Shown here piece after piece: positions 1 to 13,738 of a stretch of 64,000 nucleotides of DNA. A program made the position numbers and the translations under genes. Source of the stretch: Octopus sinensis (taxonomy: Eukaryota); assembly GCF_006345805.1 (NCBI RefSeq), contig NC_043007.1, forward strand, positions 72,230,001-72,294,000, written 5' to 3'. The number at the start of each line of letters is the position of its first letter. Within the stretch, counting starts at the first letter, position 1. Below the pieces are notes generated by a model. That model was not told the DNA's origin and searched no databases. It saw only the letters and a list, made by a program, of their open reading frames with translations.

Positions 1-69
1 AAAAATAATGGTCATAACGTATTTTTCCTTTGTCGGAGCAAATGTCTATATATACATATATGTTACACG

Positions 70-100
<31 letters not shown>

Positions 101-231
101 TCTATTGACTTTATTGCCGACATTGGTTTTTAGGTGATGGTGGGGGGACAAACACAGACGCACAAATACGTAAATACATACACACCATACGTTTATTTAT
201 ATATATATATATATATAATATATATATATAC

Positions 232-296
<65 letters not shown>

Positions 297-641
297 CAAT
301 AATATATATATATATAAATATATATATATATAACATATATATATACATACATAAATATACACACACACACACACAACCCAGAAGGAAAAGATAGGGTGCA
401 AAAGGGTAGGAATGAGAGCAATAGACGCACTGTCATTTTAATCTGATGCCATTTTCACTTTTTGTTTGATTGCCACCACTGAGCCATACAGAATATAAAC
501 ATACACATTGGAAATATTATGTATGTGTGTATTTATGTATGGGTGTGCGCAGTATGTATCTATGTGAGTATATATATATATATATAGGTGCACACACATA
601 TATATAAACATATATACACGTTGCCAACATATGTGTGGTGT

Positions 642-672
<31 letters not shown>

Positions 673-763
673 AATATATATATATAAAGTTAAAAATAAT
701 GGTCATAACGTATTTTCCTTTGTCGGAGCAAATGTCTATATATACATATATGTTACACGTATA

Positions 764-794
<31 letters not shown>

Positions 795-811
795 TATTTA
801 TTGACTTTATT

Positions 812-898
812 GCCGCCGAACATTGGTTTTTAGGTGATGGTGGGGGGACAAACACAGACGCACAAATACGTAAATAAATACACATACGTACACATACG

Positions 899-980
<82 letters not shown>

Positions 981-1129
981 CGACGGGCTTCTTCAGTTTC
1001 TGTCTACGAAATCCACTCACAGACTTTGGTCGGTCTGCGGCAGTAGTAGAAGACACTTACCCAAGATGCCACGCAGCGGCACTGAAACCTGGAATTATGT
1101 GATTAGGAAGCAAGCTTCTTACCACACAG
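812..1129 (-). mobile_element. SINE family B (tRNA-like head, CORE-like segment, internal microsatellite), partial
   Basis: Reverse complement of the family B head and ...CGACGGGCTTCTTCAG...; matches the full copy at 3993-4474. Confidence 0.8.
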
Positions 1130-1316
1130 TACTCAGTTAATATCAACCGTCTTAAAACAGAATAAATACATTGCAGAGTGTACACAAAAGTCTTTAAAAA
1201 GAATTAATGGTCATGGCTGGAATGTCTGATCTATGTTGAAACAACAACAAATAATACAGCCTATCGGTTTGATATTTATAAGGTTAACATTAATTGATGG
1301 GAGAGATAGACAGAAA

Positions 1317-1549
1317 GGTGGTGAGCTGGCAGAATCGTTTGCACACCGGGCGAACTGCTTAGCGGTATTTCGTCTGCAGCTACGTTCTGAGTTCAAATTC
1401 CGCTGAGGTCGACTTTGCCTTTCATCCTTTCGGGGTCGATTAAATAAGTACCAGTTACGCACTGGGGTCGATATAATCGACTTAATCCGTTTGGCTATCG
1501 CTGTTTGTCCCCTCTGTGTGTAGCTCCTTGTGGGCAGTAAAGAAATAAG
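1317..1549 (+). mobile_element. SINE family A1 (tRNA-like head)
   Basis: GGTGAGCTGGCAGAATCG (A-box-like), GAGTTCAAATTCC (B-box-like), GCCTTTCATCCTTTCGGGGTCGAT core, AAAGAAATAAG tail; about 14 family A copies in the window. Confidence 0.9.
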
Positions 1550-2922
1550 AAACGTCTTTATGGAGATTCACCCAGGATTGCAAAGAAAAATTGGAATACT
1601 TCACTGCAATCCTGGATTAATCCCCAGAAACTATACAGAGAGCCTCGTGCTTGACTCATCCTTTGATAAATCGACTCTAGAAGAATGAAAGGAAATGTTA
1701 ACTGCGACAAGATTTGAACTGACAACCTAGAAAGAGACGAATAACAACGTAACCCCAGTCATATTCGAACTGAAGATTATTCAATATAAATTCCGTTTCA
1801 ATGCCTACATATCTGTATCGAGATGTAAACGCAATTTATTACATTTGCATTTTATTTCATTATCAAAATATTCAAATAATAAAAAAAGATATTTGATGTC
1901 ATTATCGAGGATAGGAGCACACTAGTACACACACACGCACACACAACACACACACACACGTACACTCACTCGCACACACACACGCACGCACACTCACTCG
2001 CACACACACACACACAGATACACTAATCTATACATATAGTAGTGTATGTATGTTGTATATATCTATGTTGTTACTGCATTATATGTGTTCCAAACTTTAT
2101 ATTCATAAAATATTATCATAAAATTGCTCTTTGTGTTGCAAAGACTCTATATTGACTGATTCTAGATATGCAATTGTCTGGGGTGTTAGAATAAATAAAA
2201 CCCGTTTGTCTATTTCTTCTCAAAAGAATATACGAATCCTTGGAGAATAAACACTGTCCTCTTTCTGATTAACTCAGTGACGAGAACGTTGATACAGAAG
2301 CAGAACTTCTAACATAATAATTATTCCTATTCAACCAGATGGAAATAATATGTATTTACTCAACAAACCCCTATGAATATTTATATGTAGACTTAGTCAG
2401 TATTTAAATGCAGTTCATATATCATAATAGTGGCTTTAAGAAACGCAGTCACAATGATAAAGAGCAGTCAAGCAAATGTATGTAAAGGAAAACTAGGGAT
2501 TTAGTGTACTCGGAGAAGTGTTACAGGAAATCCAGTACATTTACGTAGTCTATATTCTATACAGTTGTGCTCTAATAAAACCCTCCCGGGGTCATATGAT
2601 CAGGAGGTAATTTAGATTTTACTTCTAGATTCTCAGTACAAGTAAGGTCGAGACACTGAATTTGTGAAGCTCATTACTGAAGAAAAGGGCCCCAAAACTG
2701 GAGCAGTTTCAGACACAGTTACGTCATGATCAAGCCGTAGCAACCTGGTCTTTTTTTGCATATCAGGTATTGTACTGTTCAATGTAGTTTTCTTTATCTA
2801 AGCTAGAGACTTGGCTGTTATTTCTAGCAAGTCGAATGACAGACAACTTAGAGGTTTCTCATCGACTCGGAAGTAGAGGGGATTATTTTGGTACCTGAAA
2901 TCTAGTTATAGCTCATGTATAT

Positions 2923-3090
2923 ACGACGGGATTCCACACCGTTTCCGTCTATCAGATTTAATTACAAGATATTGGCCGGCTTAGGGCTCTAATAGAAAAC
3001 ATTTCCCGTAGGTACTGCGCAATGGGACAGAACCCAAAACCACGGGGTTGCAAAGCGAGCTTCGTAAACTACTTAAACCACTACGCCTGA
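2923..3090 (-). mobile_element. Degenerate SINE family B, 5' half
   Basis: ACGACGGGATTCC...TTTCCGTCTATCAGAT...GGACAGAACCC aligns by eye to family B. Confidence 0.6.
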
Positions 3091-3992
3091 GTGCATATCA
3101 AAATGCATCATGTAATCAGAATCTTGAATAAGCTTAAGAAAGGAAAAAAAAATGTAAATTTTCTTAAATTGTTTAAATTATTAGATTTCTATTTAGTGAG
3201 AACCGGAAATAGAGAACGGAATCTGTGTAAAAACGAAAGCTTGTAAATAATCAAAACTGTTTGAATCTCTAATTTATAAATTAAATAATTATGAATTATG
3301 TTACAATATTGTTCTCATACGTTGTAAAAATGTAGGTTATTTCCGTTAACATGAAAGTGTATTTACTCGTAAGACATGGATTAACCACAACTTAAATTGA
3401 AAAGGAAATTGTTAACTTTCATTAGTATTTCTGGACTAATTATATTTAACAATATTTCCAGAGATCTGATTAGTTGGTGGGAGTCCTTGCCAATCAAATG
3501 GGCCAGTTTTCGTTGGAAGGATATTTGTAAATAATTGATCAAATATGGTTAAGTTACTTTACTAAACTGTTCGACTTAGTAATTAAATTTCTTATTACTG
3601 AAATAATTCTGGAGCCAAAAAGGATTAAAGATTTCCGTACATTTATTTTCTGTTAATTGGTTAATAATCAAAGAAATGTGAAAGGGTTGACAGTCAAAGT
3701 TTCTACTTAAAAACTAAAAATAATATCGCATTATAATTGTGGTCAAGACGGATATACCACGAAACGTTTCGATATAAGTAAATTTCCATTTGTAGTCTTT
3801 GAGCAACATTTGCCGAAATGGCGAAATTTAAAAATAAAGAAAACAAAAAAAAAAGAATAATAAAAACAAAAGCACAAAGCTGGTAAAACAAAAATGGAAA
3901 CGCTTGTATTTGTGCGTGTGTATGAATGTATGTTCTTAAAATAAATTAATAATTAAATGAAATTGTGCCTATTGATAAAGTATAAACAATAT

Positions 3993-4184
3993 AGGCGTGG
4001 GAGTGGCTGTGTGGTAAGTAGCTTGCTTAACAACCACATGGTTCCGGGTTCAGTTCCACTGTGTGGCACCTTGGGCAAGTGTGTTCTACTATAGCCCCGG
4101 CTGACCAAAGCCTTGTGAGTGGATTTGGTAGACGGAAACTGAAAGAAGCCTGTCGTATATATGTATATACATATATATATATAT

Positions 4185-4216
<32 letters not shown>

Positions 4217-4474
4217 TATATATATATATATGTATATATGTATGTAGGTATGTGTGTGTATATGTTTGTGTGTCTGTTTGTCTTCCCAACATCGATTGAC
4301 AACCGATGCTTGTGTGTTTACGTCCCTGTGACCTAGCGGTTCGGCAAAAGAGAACGATAGAATAAGTACTGGGCTTACAAAGAATAAGCCCTGGGATCGA
4401 TTTGCTCGACTAAAGGCGGTGCTCCAGCATGGCCACAGTCACATGACTGAAACAAGTAAAAGAGTAAAAGAGTA
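3993..4474 (+). mobile_element. SINE family B, full length
   Basis: Head GGCGTGGGAGTGGCTGTGTGG...GGTTCAGTTCC, CORE-like GCACCTTGGGCAAGTGT, internal (TA)/(TG) tract, tail CCAGCATGGCC-hairpin-GAAACAAGTAAAAGAG. Confidence 0.92.
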
Positions 4475-5399
4475 ATATACAGAAGATATTACAAACTGAT
4501 TAGTGATACGAAGAATATTTTTTTTTTAAATCAGTTTTATTCTAGACGTCATGGATACTTATGAACATCACTGTACATGGGTGAAAGCGGGTGTTTGTGC
4601 AGGTTTGTGTGTGTTTGCGTGCGTGCGTGCGTGCGTGCGCATATGTGAAGGGTTTTCGGCATTGATTATAATCAATGCTAATGATGTAACTGTTAGATTT
4701 CAGTGAGAAACTAAACGAGGGTGTGGGTGGGGGGAAGTGAGGGAAGGAAGAGGAGAGAGGCCATTCATCATTGCAATTTCAGTCCGAAATTTGGTAAAGT
4801 CAGTTGCACTAAACAGATCTCGCTGCAACTAACGCTAGTGCTGTCTATTTAGAAGATAAATCTCAGCCTTATGGCCAACATCAAGAATTCACCGACGATG
4901 AAGTATCATCTTTTCACGGCTAATTTGTTTAGCGGAGTTCAACAACAAATTCGCAGTATTTCTACTCCTTCCCACCAATCCAAAACTTCTTTCCAATTCT
5001 TTCTCTGTCCTTCTCTCGTTCTCTCCTCCCCTCTCTCTCTCTCTCTCTCACTGTCTCCCCATTCTCTCACTCCCCCCTATCTCTACCTCTCACTCCCCCT
5101 CTCTCCATATAGTTTAAAGCGAACTGCAAAACACTATTCACCATTCGTTGTATAAGCAATCCATTCATTATTTAACTCAAATCTGGAATGCGAAATGTGA
5201 ATGTATCTCAATCATGTTGCCATATGGAGAATTTCTAAAATTGAGAGAAAGAATTTTTAAAAGTATGATTGAATTCCACTCGCATTTGTCTCTTATTTAT
5301 AGTTTCTAGTAAATATATTAATATAATATATATATAATATATTACTTGTATTGAAAACGCAACTGCATTCTGCTTTTATTTTTTATCAAGGCTTTTTAA

Positions 5400-6150
5400 T
5401 ATGGTCGTATGAGTTTCTTGAGAACAATAATGTTTCCAAGTTCATGATCAACATTGCCTAATATTCACGACCTCAACTTCTGGATGAAGTTTTGTTGGCG
5501 TGTGTTGCTGGCTCTTAAAAGTAGTCAAGTCCGGTTAAAGTTGTACAGACATTACCACCGGAGTTTTAATTTAAAGTTACGTGTCGTCTGTCAGGTATTT
5601 ACATTTGTTTGCGATTAGCCTGAGTTATCTGTAAGTTTATTTTAACACTGTGATGTACTATGAGTAATTTTCTTGGTTTTTCATTTTACGAATGAAATTC
5701 TATATAATATAGATGTGTTGTTTACTCTTATTTTATTATGTAGTTTTGTTTTGTATTGTGTGATGTAGTACCTTGCAATTGCTCCTTCTTGCAAATGCAT
5801 AATGAATTGGCGGGTGAATCTTGTAGTGGTATGGCCAATATAATCGTTGCAATCATAAAGTTTATAACTTTCCTGTTTCATATTTGCAATTAAATTTGTA
5901 AACCACATTGGTCGTTAGTAGCTTGCTTACATGGTTGTGGTTTGTTATTAGTAGAATTTTAATGTTAGTGTACTTGTAGTGTATTGTTAATGTTAGTTAA
6001 TGGTGTAGCACAATTCACTATGTATAATGTTTCTATTGATAATGTCGGGCTGTTCTATAATTAGTCTGTATTTGATCAATAGAATACATTTTTTTTTGTA
6101 TTTCAAATAGGAATCTGATACATTTATTACGCTCTATTTGTGTTCGATAG
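5400..6150 (-). mobile_element. Degenerate Penelope-like element, GIY-YIG endonuclease region
   Basis: Minus strand gives TNVVYKFNC, then after a frameshift DYIGHTTTRFTRQFIMHLQEGAI and NNTSIL, typical of PLE GIY-YIG domains. Confidence 0.75.
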
Positions 6151-6228
6151 TGTCATAGTTTGGCCTGTTCGAGCATCTATTGTTAACACCTATTTTTGTA
6201 TTCTGTATATACATAACACACACATATA

Positions 6229-6321
<93 letters not shown>

Positions 6322-6348
6322 ACGTGTGTGTGTGTGTGTGTTGTGTGT

Positions 6349-6658
6349 GTAGAAGCGCAATGGCCCGATGGTGAGGGCAGCGGACTTGCGGTCGTAGGAT
6401 CGCGGTTTCGATTCCCAGACCGGGCGTTGTGAGTGTTTATTGAGCGAAAACACCTAAAGCTCCACGAGGCTCCGGCAGGGGGTGGTGGCGATCCCTGCTA
6501 TACTCTTTCGCCACAACTTTCTCTCACTCTTTCTTCTGTTGGCCTGCTCGCTTAACCAGCGGGGTGGCGTCATTTGAAGGCTAAAAGAATGCGAAGCGCA
6601 TTGTGACCAGCGATGTGTAGCAACATCTGATTGCCTGGTCGGTCACGGTCACGGTGAT
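6349..6658 (+). mobile_element. SINE family C (tRNA-like head)
   Basis: GCGCAATGGCCCGATGG...GGTTTCGATTCC head, GGTCACGGTCACGGTGATA tail; near-identical inverted copy at 16833-17144. Confidence 0.92.
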
Positions 6659-6807
6659 ATATATATATATATTCATTTATATATATATGTGTGTGTGTGG
6701 TGTGTGTGTGTGTGTGTTGTGTGTGTGTGTGTGTGTGAGTGTGTGTGTGTGCGTGTGTGTGTGTGTGTATCGAATGCTTCGTTTGTGGAGGAAAATCGAA
6801 CGGGCAC

Positions 6808-7115
6808 TCTGTCAGTTACGACGACGAGTGCTCCAGCTGATCCGATCAACAGAACAACCTACTCGTGAAAAAAATTAACGTACAAGCACTCCATAGACAT
6901 GCTTAACCTTAACTTAGTTCTCAGAGAGATTTAGCGTGACACAGAATGTGACAAGGCTGGCCCTTTAAAATAGTTACCACTCATTTTTGCCAGTAGAGTG
7001 GACTGGAGCAACGTGAGATAAAGTGTCTTGCTGAAGGACACATCGCGCCGCCAGGATTCGAACTAATGGCCTTATGATCAAGAGCCGTATGTGCAAACCG
7101 CTAAGCCACGTGCCT
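6808..7115 (-). mobile_element. SINE family E (tRNA-like head plus CORE-like segment)
   Basis: Minus strand AGGCACGTGGCTTAGCGG...AGTTCGAATCC...GTGTCCTTCAGCAAGACAC; related copy at 48039. Confidence 0.8.
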
Positions 7116-7199
7116 AAAATCTAAATGTTCTTTAAGAAAGTATTTCATGACTGATGTTTAACATCAGTTTGGACACTCACATTCTCCGTATTTATTTAT

Positions 7200-7560
7200 A
7201 TGCTAAATGTACGCGGACGTGGTTTTATAGCTTAATATCATATCTATTGTTTCTACCACCGAGATCTTGACCTTGTTAAATAGACTTTCTGTGTCTAAAG
7301 ACATGTTGCCGACTTCATTAATACTTCTAAGATCAGTTGGAACTCTTCGAAAGCATGTATAATATATCTAGCCACTGAGTATTGTTTCATAATGCTATTT
7401 AATTGTGTAACGATTGCATGTCTTGACGAATTATTTGAAAAATTATGGGAGAGTGTTGATTTGTTTATTTACTTTTAAGCTTACTCTATTTCATAGACAT
7501 TTCGAAGATATAACCAGAACATAGTCGTGTCTTAATGCAACATGTTTAAATCATAATTTG
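7200..7560 (-). mobile_element. Degenerate Penelope-like reverse transcriptase fragment
   Basis: 7222-7301 translates as SLDTESLFNKVKISVVETIDMIL, resembling the PLE RT motif SLDVESLFTNVP..ETIDII. Confidence 0.6.
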
Positions 7561-8199
7561 GTTAGTACTGGGTTAAGGGTCAGACATAATACCAGTGTCA
7601 GAAGAGAAGAGATGAGTGAGGCAGTGAGCTTATGCGGCGCCGATAAAAGGTTAATGAGTTCTGAAGAGCAGAGACCACAGCTGCGGTAAAATATTCCTTC
7701 TTGCCTCACGGATGTTCAAGAACACGACTGCATCGTGCACCAGGTGAGAGGTAACCATCCCTACCGCCATATCCTTACCAACAACCAACAAAACATCGAT
7801 CTCACCAGTTAAGGAGGGTTTCCCAAAATCAGAAACGCAACCACATCACCATGCAACTAAACAATATTTACACATTACACATTAATAAAGTTAATGATGA
7901 AATCGATTCTCGATCAAGAATATATTGTTGAAATTTTCGTTGATTTATATAATTTACATTATTAAAAACTGCACTGGTTACGTTTATTTTTCTTTTTGCA
8001 TTTATATATATATAATATATATATTATATATATATTATATAGTATTATATATCTATATATATAGATCATCATATATAAGCAGAGTATGCCATGTCTCACC
8101 CATCACACACGCACACACGCACACACAACACACACACACACACATATAATTAATATTAATATTAGGGAAATTATTTTCGTGTGCACAGGGGGAGATAAG

Positions 8200-8650
8200 T
8201 TCAATTTAGTGGTACTAAAATGAATTAATCTCTGTATTATATACATATATATATAGATAGGCTTAAGAGACATTTCTTTTTACTAATATTTCTTTTCCTA
8301 CTTTTATTCCACATTTCTGTTCATTATTTACTAAAGTGAAATTATTCCAACAATTTCTAGTTTTATAATTTTAGTTTGTCATGTCTTTATATAGGATGTA
8401 AATAGCAAAATAAGTTAATATATGCTAGACCTGAAGATTGGCAATATAATCCTTTTAATATGTTATTGTGTTTAGAGACATTCTATTTCAGCAATATCGA
8501 GGAATGTTGTCATGAAACGCGCGTAGTAAAGTATATGATTTGAAATAAGAATTGAAGGTATTAATTTTGATAATATGGAATAAGAATTGTAGGTATTAAT
8601 TTTGATAATTTTAATATTTAGTTCTATGGACCAGATGTGGATAATGTTAT
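8200..8650 (-). mobile_element. Possible degenerate Penelope-like RT C-terminal fragment
   Basis: YYARF (YYRYxDD-like) followed by very decayed thumb-like words; multiple stops. Confidence 0.35.
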
Positions 8651-8693
8651 TCAATGATGATTGAGTTGCTTGAGGGTGATTCTGTCTCTTAAA

Positions 8694-8765
<72 letters not shown>

Positions 8766-8920
8766 GTGACTAGGGTGAAACATGGCAATCTACTGCTTAT
8801 ATTAATTTTATATATACTGTATTTGGGGACGGTCATGTTGCCAGTTTAACCAATGATAACACACGCACTATATATTTGGTGTTCAATTGTTTCAGCTTTA
8901 TTTCATATTAATTGTATTTC

Positions 8921-8965
8921 GGCCAGAGTTCTTTGGTCACATTTCTGTGGCCTCATCAGTGGTCC
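8921..8965 (-). ncRNA. Minimal type I hammerhead motif, family H1 (G12C)
   Basis: GGACCA CTGATGA G GCCAC agaaat GTGAC CAAA GAAC TC TGGCC. Confidence 0.7.
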
Positions 8966-9272
8966 TTCGCTTTCTTCTCCTTTTTTTGTCTCTCCTTCCA
9001 AACGATCTCCTACATAACGAATCATTATGTATTCCTGTTGTATGTGAGTTTACTTGCGCATGCGTATATCCCTGTGTGTGTGGGAATGTGTATGGTACCT
9101 GCATTATAAGTATCCCCTGTTTATTCACGTTCGTTTAATTTAATTTATTTGTTTTTATCTACTGACTTTTTTATTTCTTTCTTTTTATATTAATTTAATT
9201 TATTATATTTTGTTTATGTATATAATTATTTAATTCCATTTATCTGTCTATTGTATTAGTTTCATATTATTA

Positions 9273-9683
9273 TTAATTTATGGGGATCTTATTCTGCCAT
9301 CGGTTGTGGTGTAGGGTGTGTGTGTGTGTGCTAGTGTTCCATTCTAGTTTTCTATTTAGTCTAGGTTTATCTTCTATTATGTGTGTAGCTTCCGTAATTT
9401 GTCTAAGCGTTGCGTTCGTTTTATGTGTGGACATGATTTTAACTTCTAAGTTGAGTGAGCCCCCGTATTCCCGCTCGGCGTGTTGGTATAGAACCGATGA
9501 GCTCTTCTCTTCCTTAAGTTCACACCAATGCTCATTTACCCGCTCTCCTATGCTCCGTGATGTGTCTCCTGCGTATGTCGTTGTCTTGTTTCTGCACCGT
9601 CCCTCTGTACATCCTATTCTATACACTACATTCCTAGCTTTACAGTCTGTTTGTGGGCTAAATCTACATGTAGATAAAAACAA
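9273..9683 (-). CDS. GIY-YIG endonuclease domain of a Penelope-like element (5'-truncated, no RT)
   Basis: CKARNVVYRIGCTEGRC..TYAGDTSRSIGERVNEH..QH..LRQITEATHI..PRLNRKLEW; stop-free. The N-terminal MFLSTCR comes from the inversion junction. Confidence 0.8.
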   Translation of the reverse strand: MFLSTCRFSPQTDCKARNVVYRIGCTEGRCRNKTTTYAGDTSRSIGERVNEHWCELKEEKSSSVLYQHAEREYGGSLNLEVKIMSTHKTNATLRQITEATHIIEDKPRLNRKLEWNTSTHTHTLHHNRWQNKIPIN

Positions 9684-9886
9684 ATAAAATTAATAAAATT
9701 AAATTAAACGAACGTGAATAAACAGGAGCTACTGATAATGCAGGTACCATACACATTCTCCCACACACTTACTAAACATAGACACATACACGGATATATG
9801 CATGCGCAAATAAAGACACATACAACAGGAATACAAAATGACAGATCGTTAGGAAAGAGAAACACACAAAAAAAGAAAAAAGCAAA

Positions 9887-9931
9887 GGACCACCGATGAT
9901 GTCACAGAAGTGTGACGAAAGAACTCTGGTC
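9887..9931 (+). ncRNA. Minimal type I hammerhead motif, family H1 (U4C)
   Basis: GGACCA CCGATGA T GTCAC agaagt GTGAC GAAA GAAC TC TGGTC. Confidence 0.75.
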
Positions 9932-10087
9932 GAAATACAATTAATATGAAATAAAGCTGAAGTAAGTAAATACCAATATAGTGCGTGTGTTTTCACTGGC
10001 TAAACTGGCAACATGACCGTCGCCAAATACAATATCTGTTTCAACACACGAATTCACATCAAGAATCTCGCAAAACGAATACATAAC

Positions 10088-10197
<110 letters not shown>

Positions 10198-10235
10198 TAT
10201 ATATACTAATTATATATAATCATGTGTAGGTAGGC

Positions 10236-10446
10236 ATGTGTGTGTCTCTCCCTTTGTCCCCCATCACTGCTTGAAAACCAGTGTTGGTGTGTTTACGACT
10301 CCGTAACTTAGCGGTTCGGCAAAAGAGACCAATAAAATAAGTACTAGGCCTTAAAAAATATATTACTATGTCGATTAACTCTATTAAAAATTATTGAAGG
10401 TGAGGCTCCAGTATGGCCGCAGTCGAATGACTGAAACGAGTAAAAC
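10236..10446 (+). mobile_element. SINE family B, 3' half
   Basis: GTGTTTACGACTCCGTAACTTAGCGGTTCGGCAAAAGAGACC...CAGTCGAATGACTGAAAC. Confidence 0.85.
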
Positions 10447-10741
10447 AAAATGGATGTGGATCTTTGACGCCCACGGAAACTTCCTGGAGTTCGTTCACGA
10501 GCTTGAAATGGTAACCAAATCTTTTCTTAAATTATAATCTTTCATCTTTAAAAAGAAGGACACGTTAGCTAATAGTGTTTGACGCATTATATCTGCAATA
10601 AAGATAAGATAGTCATAAGGTGAAACTTACTTGGAAAAGGATGCGTGGCGTTCGATCATATAATAAAATAGTATAAATAATATATAAATATATGCATATA
10701 TACATACATATATGTACATGCCTACAAATATATTATATATA

Positions 10742-10935
10742 CATGCATATCTGGGTACGGACATAAAAAAACGTTGAACACAATGAGAAATGAAAACATA
10801 AAAACAAAAACAGAGAAACGAACTTTCTTTCGAACAACGAAAAAACCCCAGAGAAACGAGACATACAACATAAAGAATATTCCCCTTCTTCAGTTGTCCC
10901 TGTTTCCTCTACTCCACGTTTCGAGCTGTAATACT
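10742..10935 (+). repeat. Dispersed repeat F (possibly a PLE terminal repeat)
   Basis: Reverse complement of 22760-23030 (CACAATGAGAAA..GAAAACATAAA, CCCCTTCTTCAGT, CGTTTCGA). Confidence 0.6.
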
Positions 10936-12617
10936 TTAGCCACAGTTCGGCTTAACCTGAGTTAACCTGGTACCAAACAACAGCAACAACAATCTATGTA
11001 TAACTTCGAGTTTCCTAGAAGGTTGTTCTCTCGATCCCCTAAACATAAAAAGTTTCTTGTAAATTACAAGATATTCAGACAGTAAAGATGGTCGAAACTA
11101 TATCTACCTCGGTGCTTAAATTCTAAATAACTACTCGGACCACATATAAGCGTTTATGTATTTGCTCAACTTATAAAAACACCAGCCAAATCTCCCTCGA
11201 ATCACGCCCCAGTGTTAAAAAATGTATTCAATAATGTAAAACTATATACACTATACCTAAAAAAAAAAAGACAGGATGATAAGTTTGCTTGATCAGGGCT
11301 AGCATAAGGGATAAACAAAAACATAAATAGCAGTTATTTATGTCCCCAAACAAAAATAGCTATACCTTCTTACGAAAATGGTATTGTCCCCAAAACAGGC
11401 GAGTATAATTCGCTATACTAAATTAACCCGAAGGATTATAACTTTCAACGTCTTTATTCACTTCCGCCAGCAAGTTAATTCCAAGTTAGTTGAACTCTTT
11501 CTTCATTTCCTTCAGATGTTTCATCGACATTAAATATTCATATAACTTATTTATTTACTTATTTATTCAAGCGGATGACTCCATTCATTTTCTTCAGCTT
11601 TATTTGTCTTGGCCGCTGATTCTATATTTTAGCCCTTCTCTTTCTCCCACCACCCCTCTCTCTCTCTCTCTCCTTCTCTCTCTTTCGCATTCTCTCTCAC
11701 CTTCATCACAACCTGTCTCCTCCTCCTCTTCCACCTCCTCCCACCTCCGGGAGAGTCTCTCTCTCTGCCGTCTAGCGTGAGAAAACTTCCCGGTTAAAGA
11801 TAAGTGTTCTGTGTCTGATGAAACTCGGGTCAAAGGTGCCAACCGAAAAACATAAAAACACAGTAAATAAATAGAAACCAAAAAAAAAAAAAAGTGAAAG
11901 ATGAAGGGATATAAACTTCTGTGTATGGCTTGAAAGTATTATTCTTATTAATATTTACATCTTCCGGCTTATCCTCAGTATTGTAAAACAAGAGAGTTGC
12001 TCGGCTGGGTAATTGACAAGCTACCGACCAACCAACCAACCTTAGAGAAGAAAACCACTCAATATTCCTGTTGATTCAGCTTATTAGAAAGGCCGTCGGT
12101 GGGGGATTGGTGGTAAGGAAACGCTGGATATAATATGATGTCAGGTTAGCTTTCATATACGATTAAGTTTGATATCCTTACTATATTATCCATTTGATAT
12201 GTATGTAAACAACATCACTAAGACGAATAGCAATAAAACCAAAACAATTTTATGAATAAATGGATCAAATAACTGCGTGGCTACGTACGATATTGTATTG
12301 CAAGCTAAAAGTCAATCGGTTGGAATATGTTGTCGGTGTCTCGTTATGATTCTGACCAGATTGTTGTTATATTCTCCGTTACTTTACCTAACTCTCATCT
12401 CTCATGTACAGGTAGGTACCTGGTGATTATATAACGTTATCCGCGATAGATTGCCATCACCCCACCCACCCTCCCACTCACCACCACCATCCAATGAGCG
12501 ATTCATATTCCGCCTTACCGATGAAACTGGAGTTAAGTATCGAATTTCTTTCTCTTTCTTCCCCTTCCAGTTTGTATATATATATATTATATATATATAT
12601 ATGTGTGTGTGTGTGGG

Positions 12618-12660
<43 letters not shown>

Positions 12661-12779
12661 TATATATGTATATATGCATATTTATATATATATATAAGAT
12701 ATATATACGTATGTATATATGTATATATATGTATATATTTATGTATATATGTATATATATATATATGTGTGTGTGTATA

Positions 12780-12875
<96 letters not shown>

Positions 12876-13293
12876 GTAATCTTTATTACATTTTGCACTT
12901 ATTATTATCCTGTATAATCATGTTTAGATTTATACATATACTTTTTCCTCTTTGTGAACCCAACTTCATTAAAGATTCACCCCCTTTATCTCAACATCCA
13001 ACCTCCTCATTCTTTATCGAGTGAAAAAACGGTATGGACGTTTTGGTTTTGGTGTCTCGCTATGCCATATACGACTATGAGGATTTGCATTCCCAACGAA
13101 ACTCGTCTTTTTCCAAAACTTCTTCTCAAACCTGCTATAATGTAATATATGTCTTTGGTGTGGTAACTGTACGCGGCTGAAGAAAACTATTGACATACAT
13201 GTTACATCAATTATGCATTGATATAAATTGTCCAATAAAGCCAGAAACATATGTACCGCTAAATCCTTTGCATCCTGTTTTTCTTTTGATAAA

Positions 13294-13355
<62 letters not shown>

Positions 13356-13569
13356 ATATATATATGCATAATGTATATATATATATGCATATATGTATAT
13401 ATATATATATATGTATATATATAATGCATATATGTATATATATATATATGCATATATGTATATATATATATATGCACATATGTATATATATATGCATATA
13501 TATATATATATATATATCGGCTGCTCTTTCTGGTGGGCCGAATGACCTGTTAGGGTCACTCCTAATTGT

Positions 13570-13603
<34 letters not shown>

Positions 13604-13681
13604 CTATATATATAGACGTATTATATATGTATATATGTATATATTTATGTATATATGATATATATATATGTGTGTATATAT

Positions 13682-13738
<57 letters not shown>

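Noticed and set aside
3390-3535. Trp-rich frame DLISWWESLPIKWASFRWKDICK after a TTTCCAG acceptor-like site
   Set aside because: Short, no recognisable homology, no convincing start or partner exon
7672-7715. CTGAAGA-GCAG..CTGC, hammerhead-like
   Set aside because: Stem II is followed by GGTAAAA rather than GAAA; no stem I or III
11810-11835. CTGATGAAACTCGGGTC resembling H3
   Set aside because: No stem II; at most a deleted remnant, and too short to support
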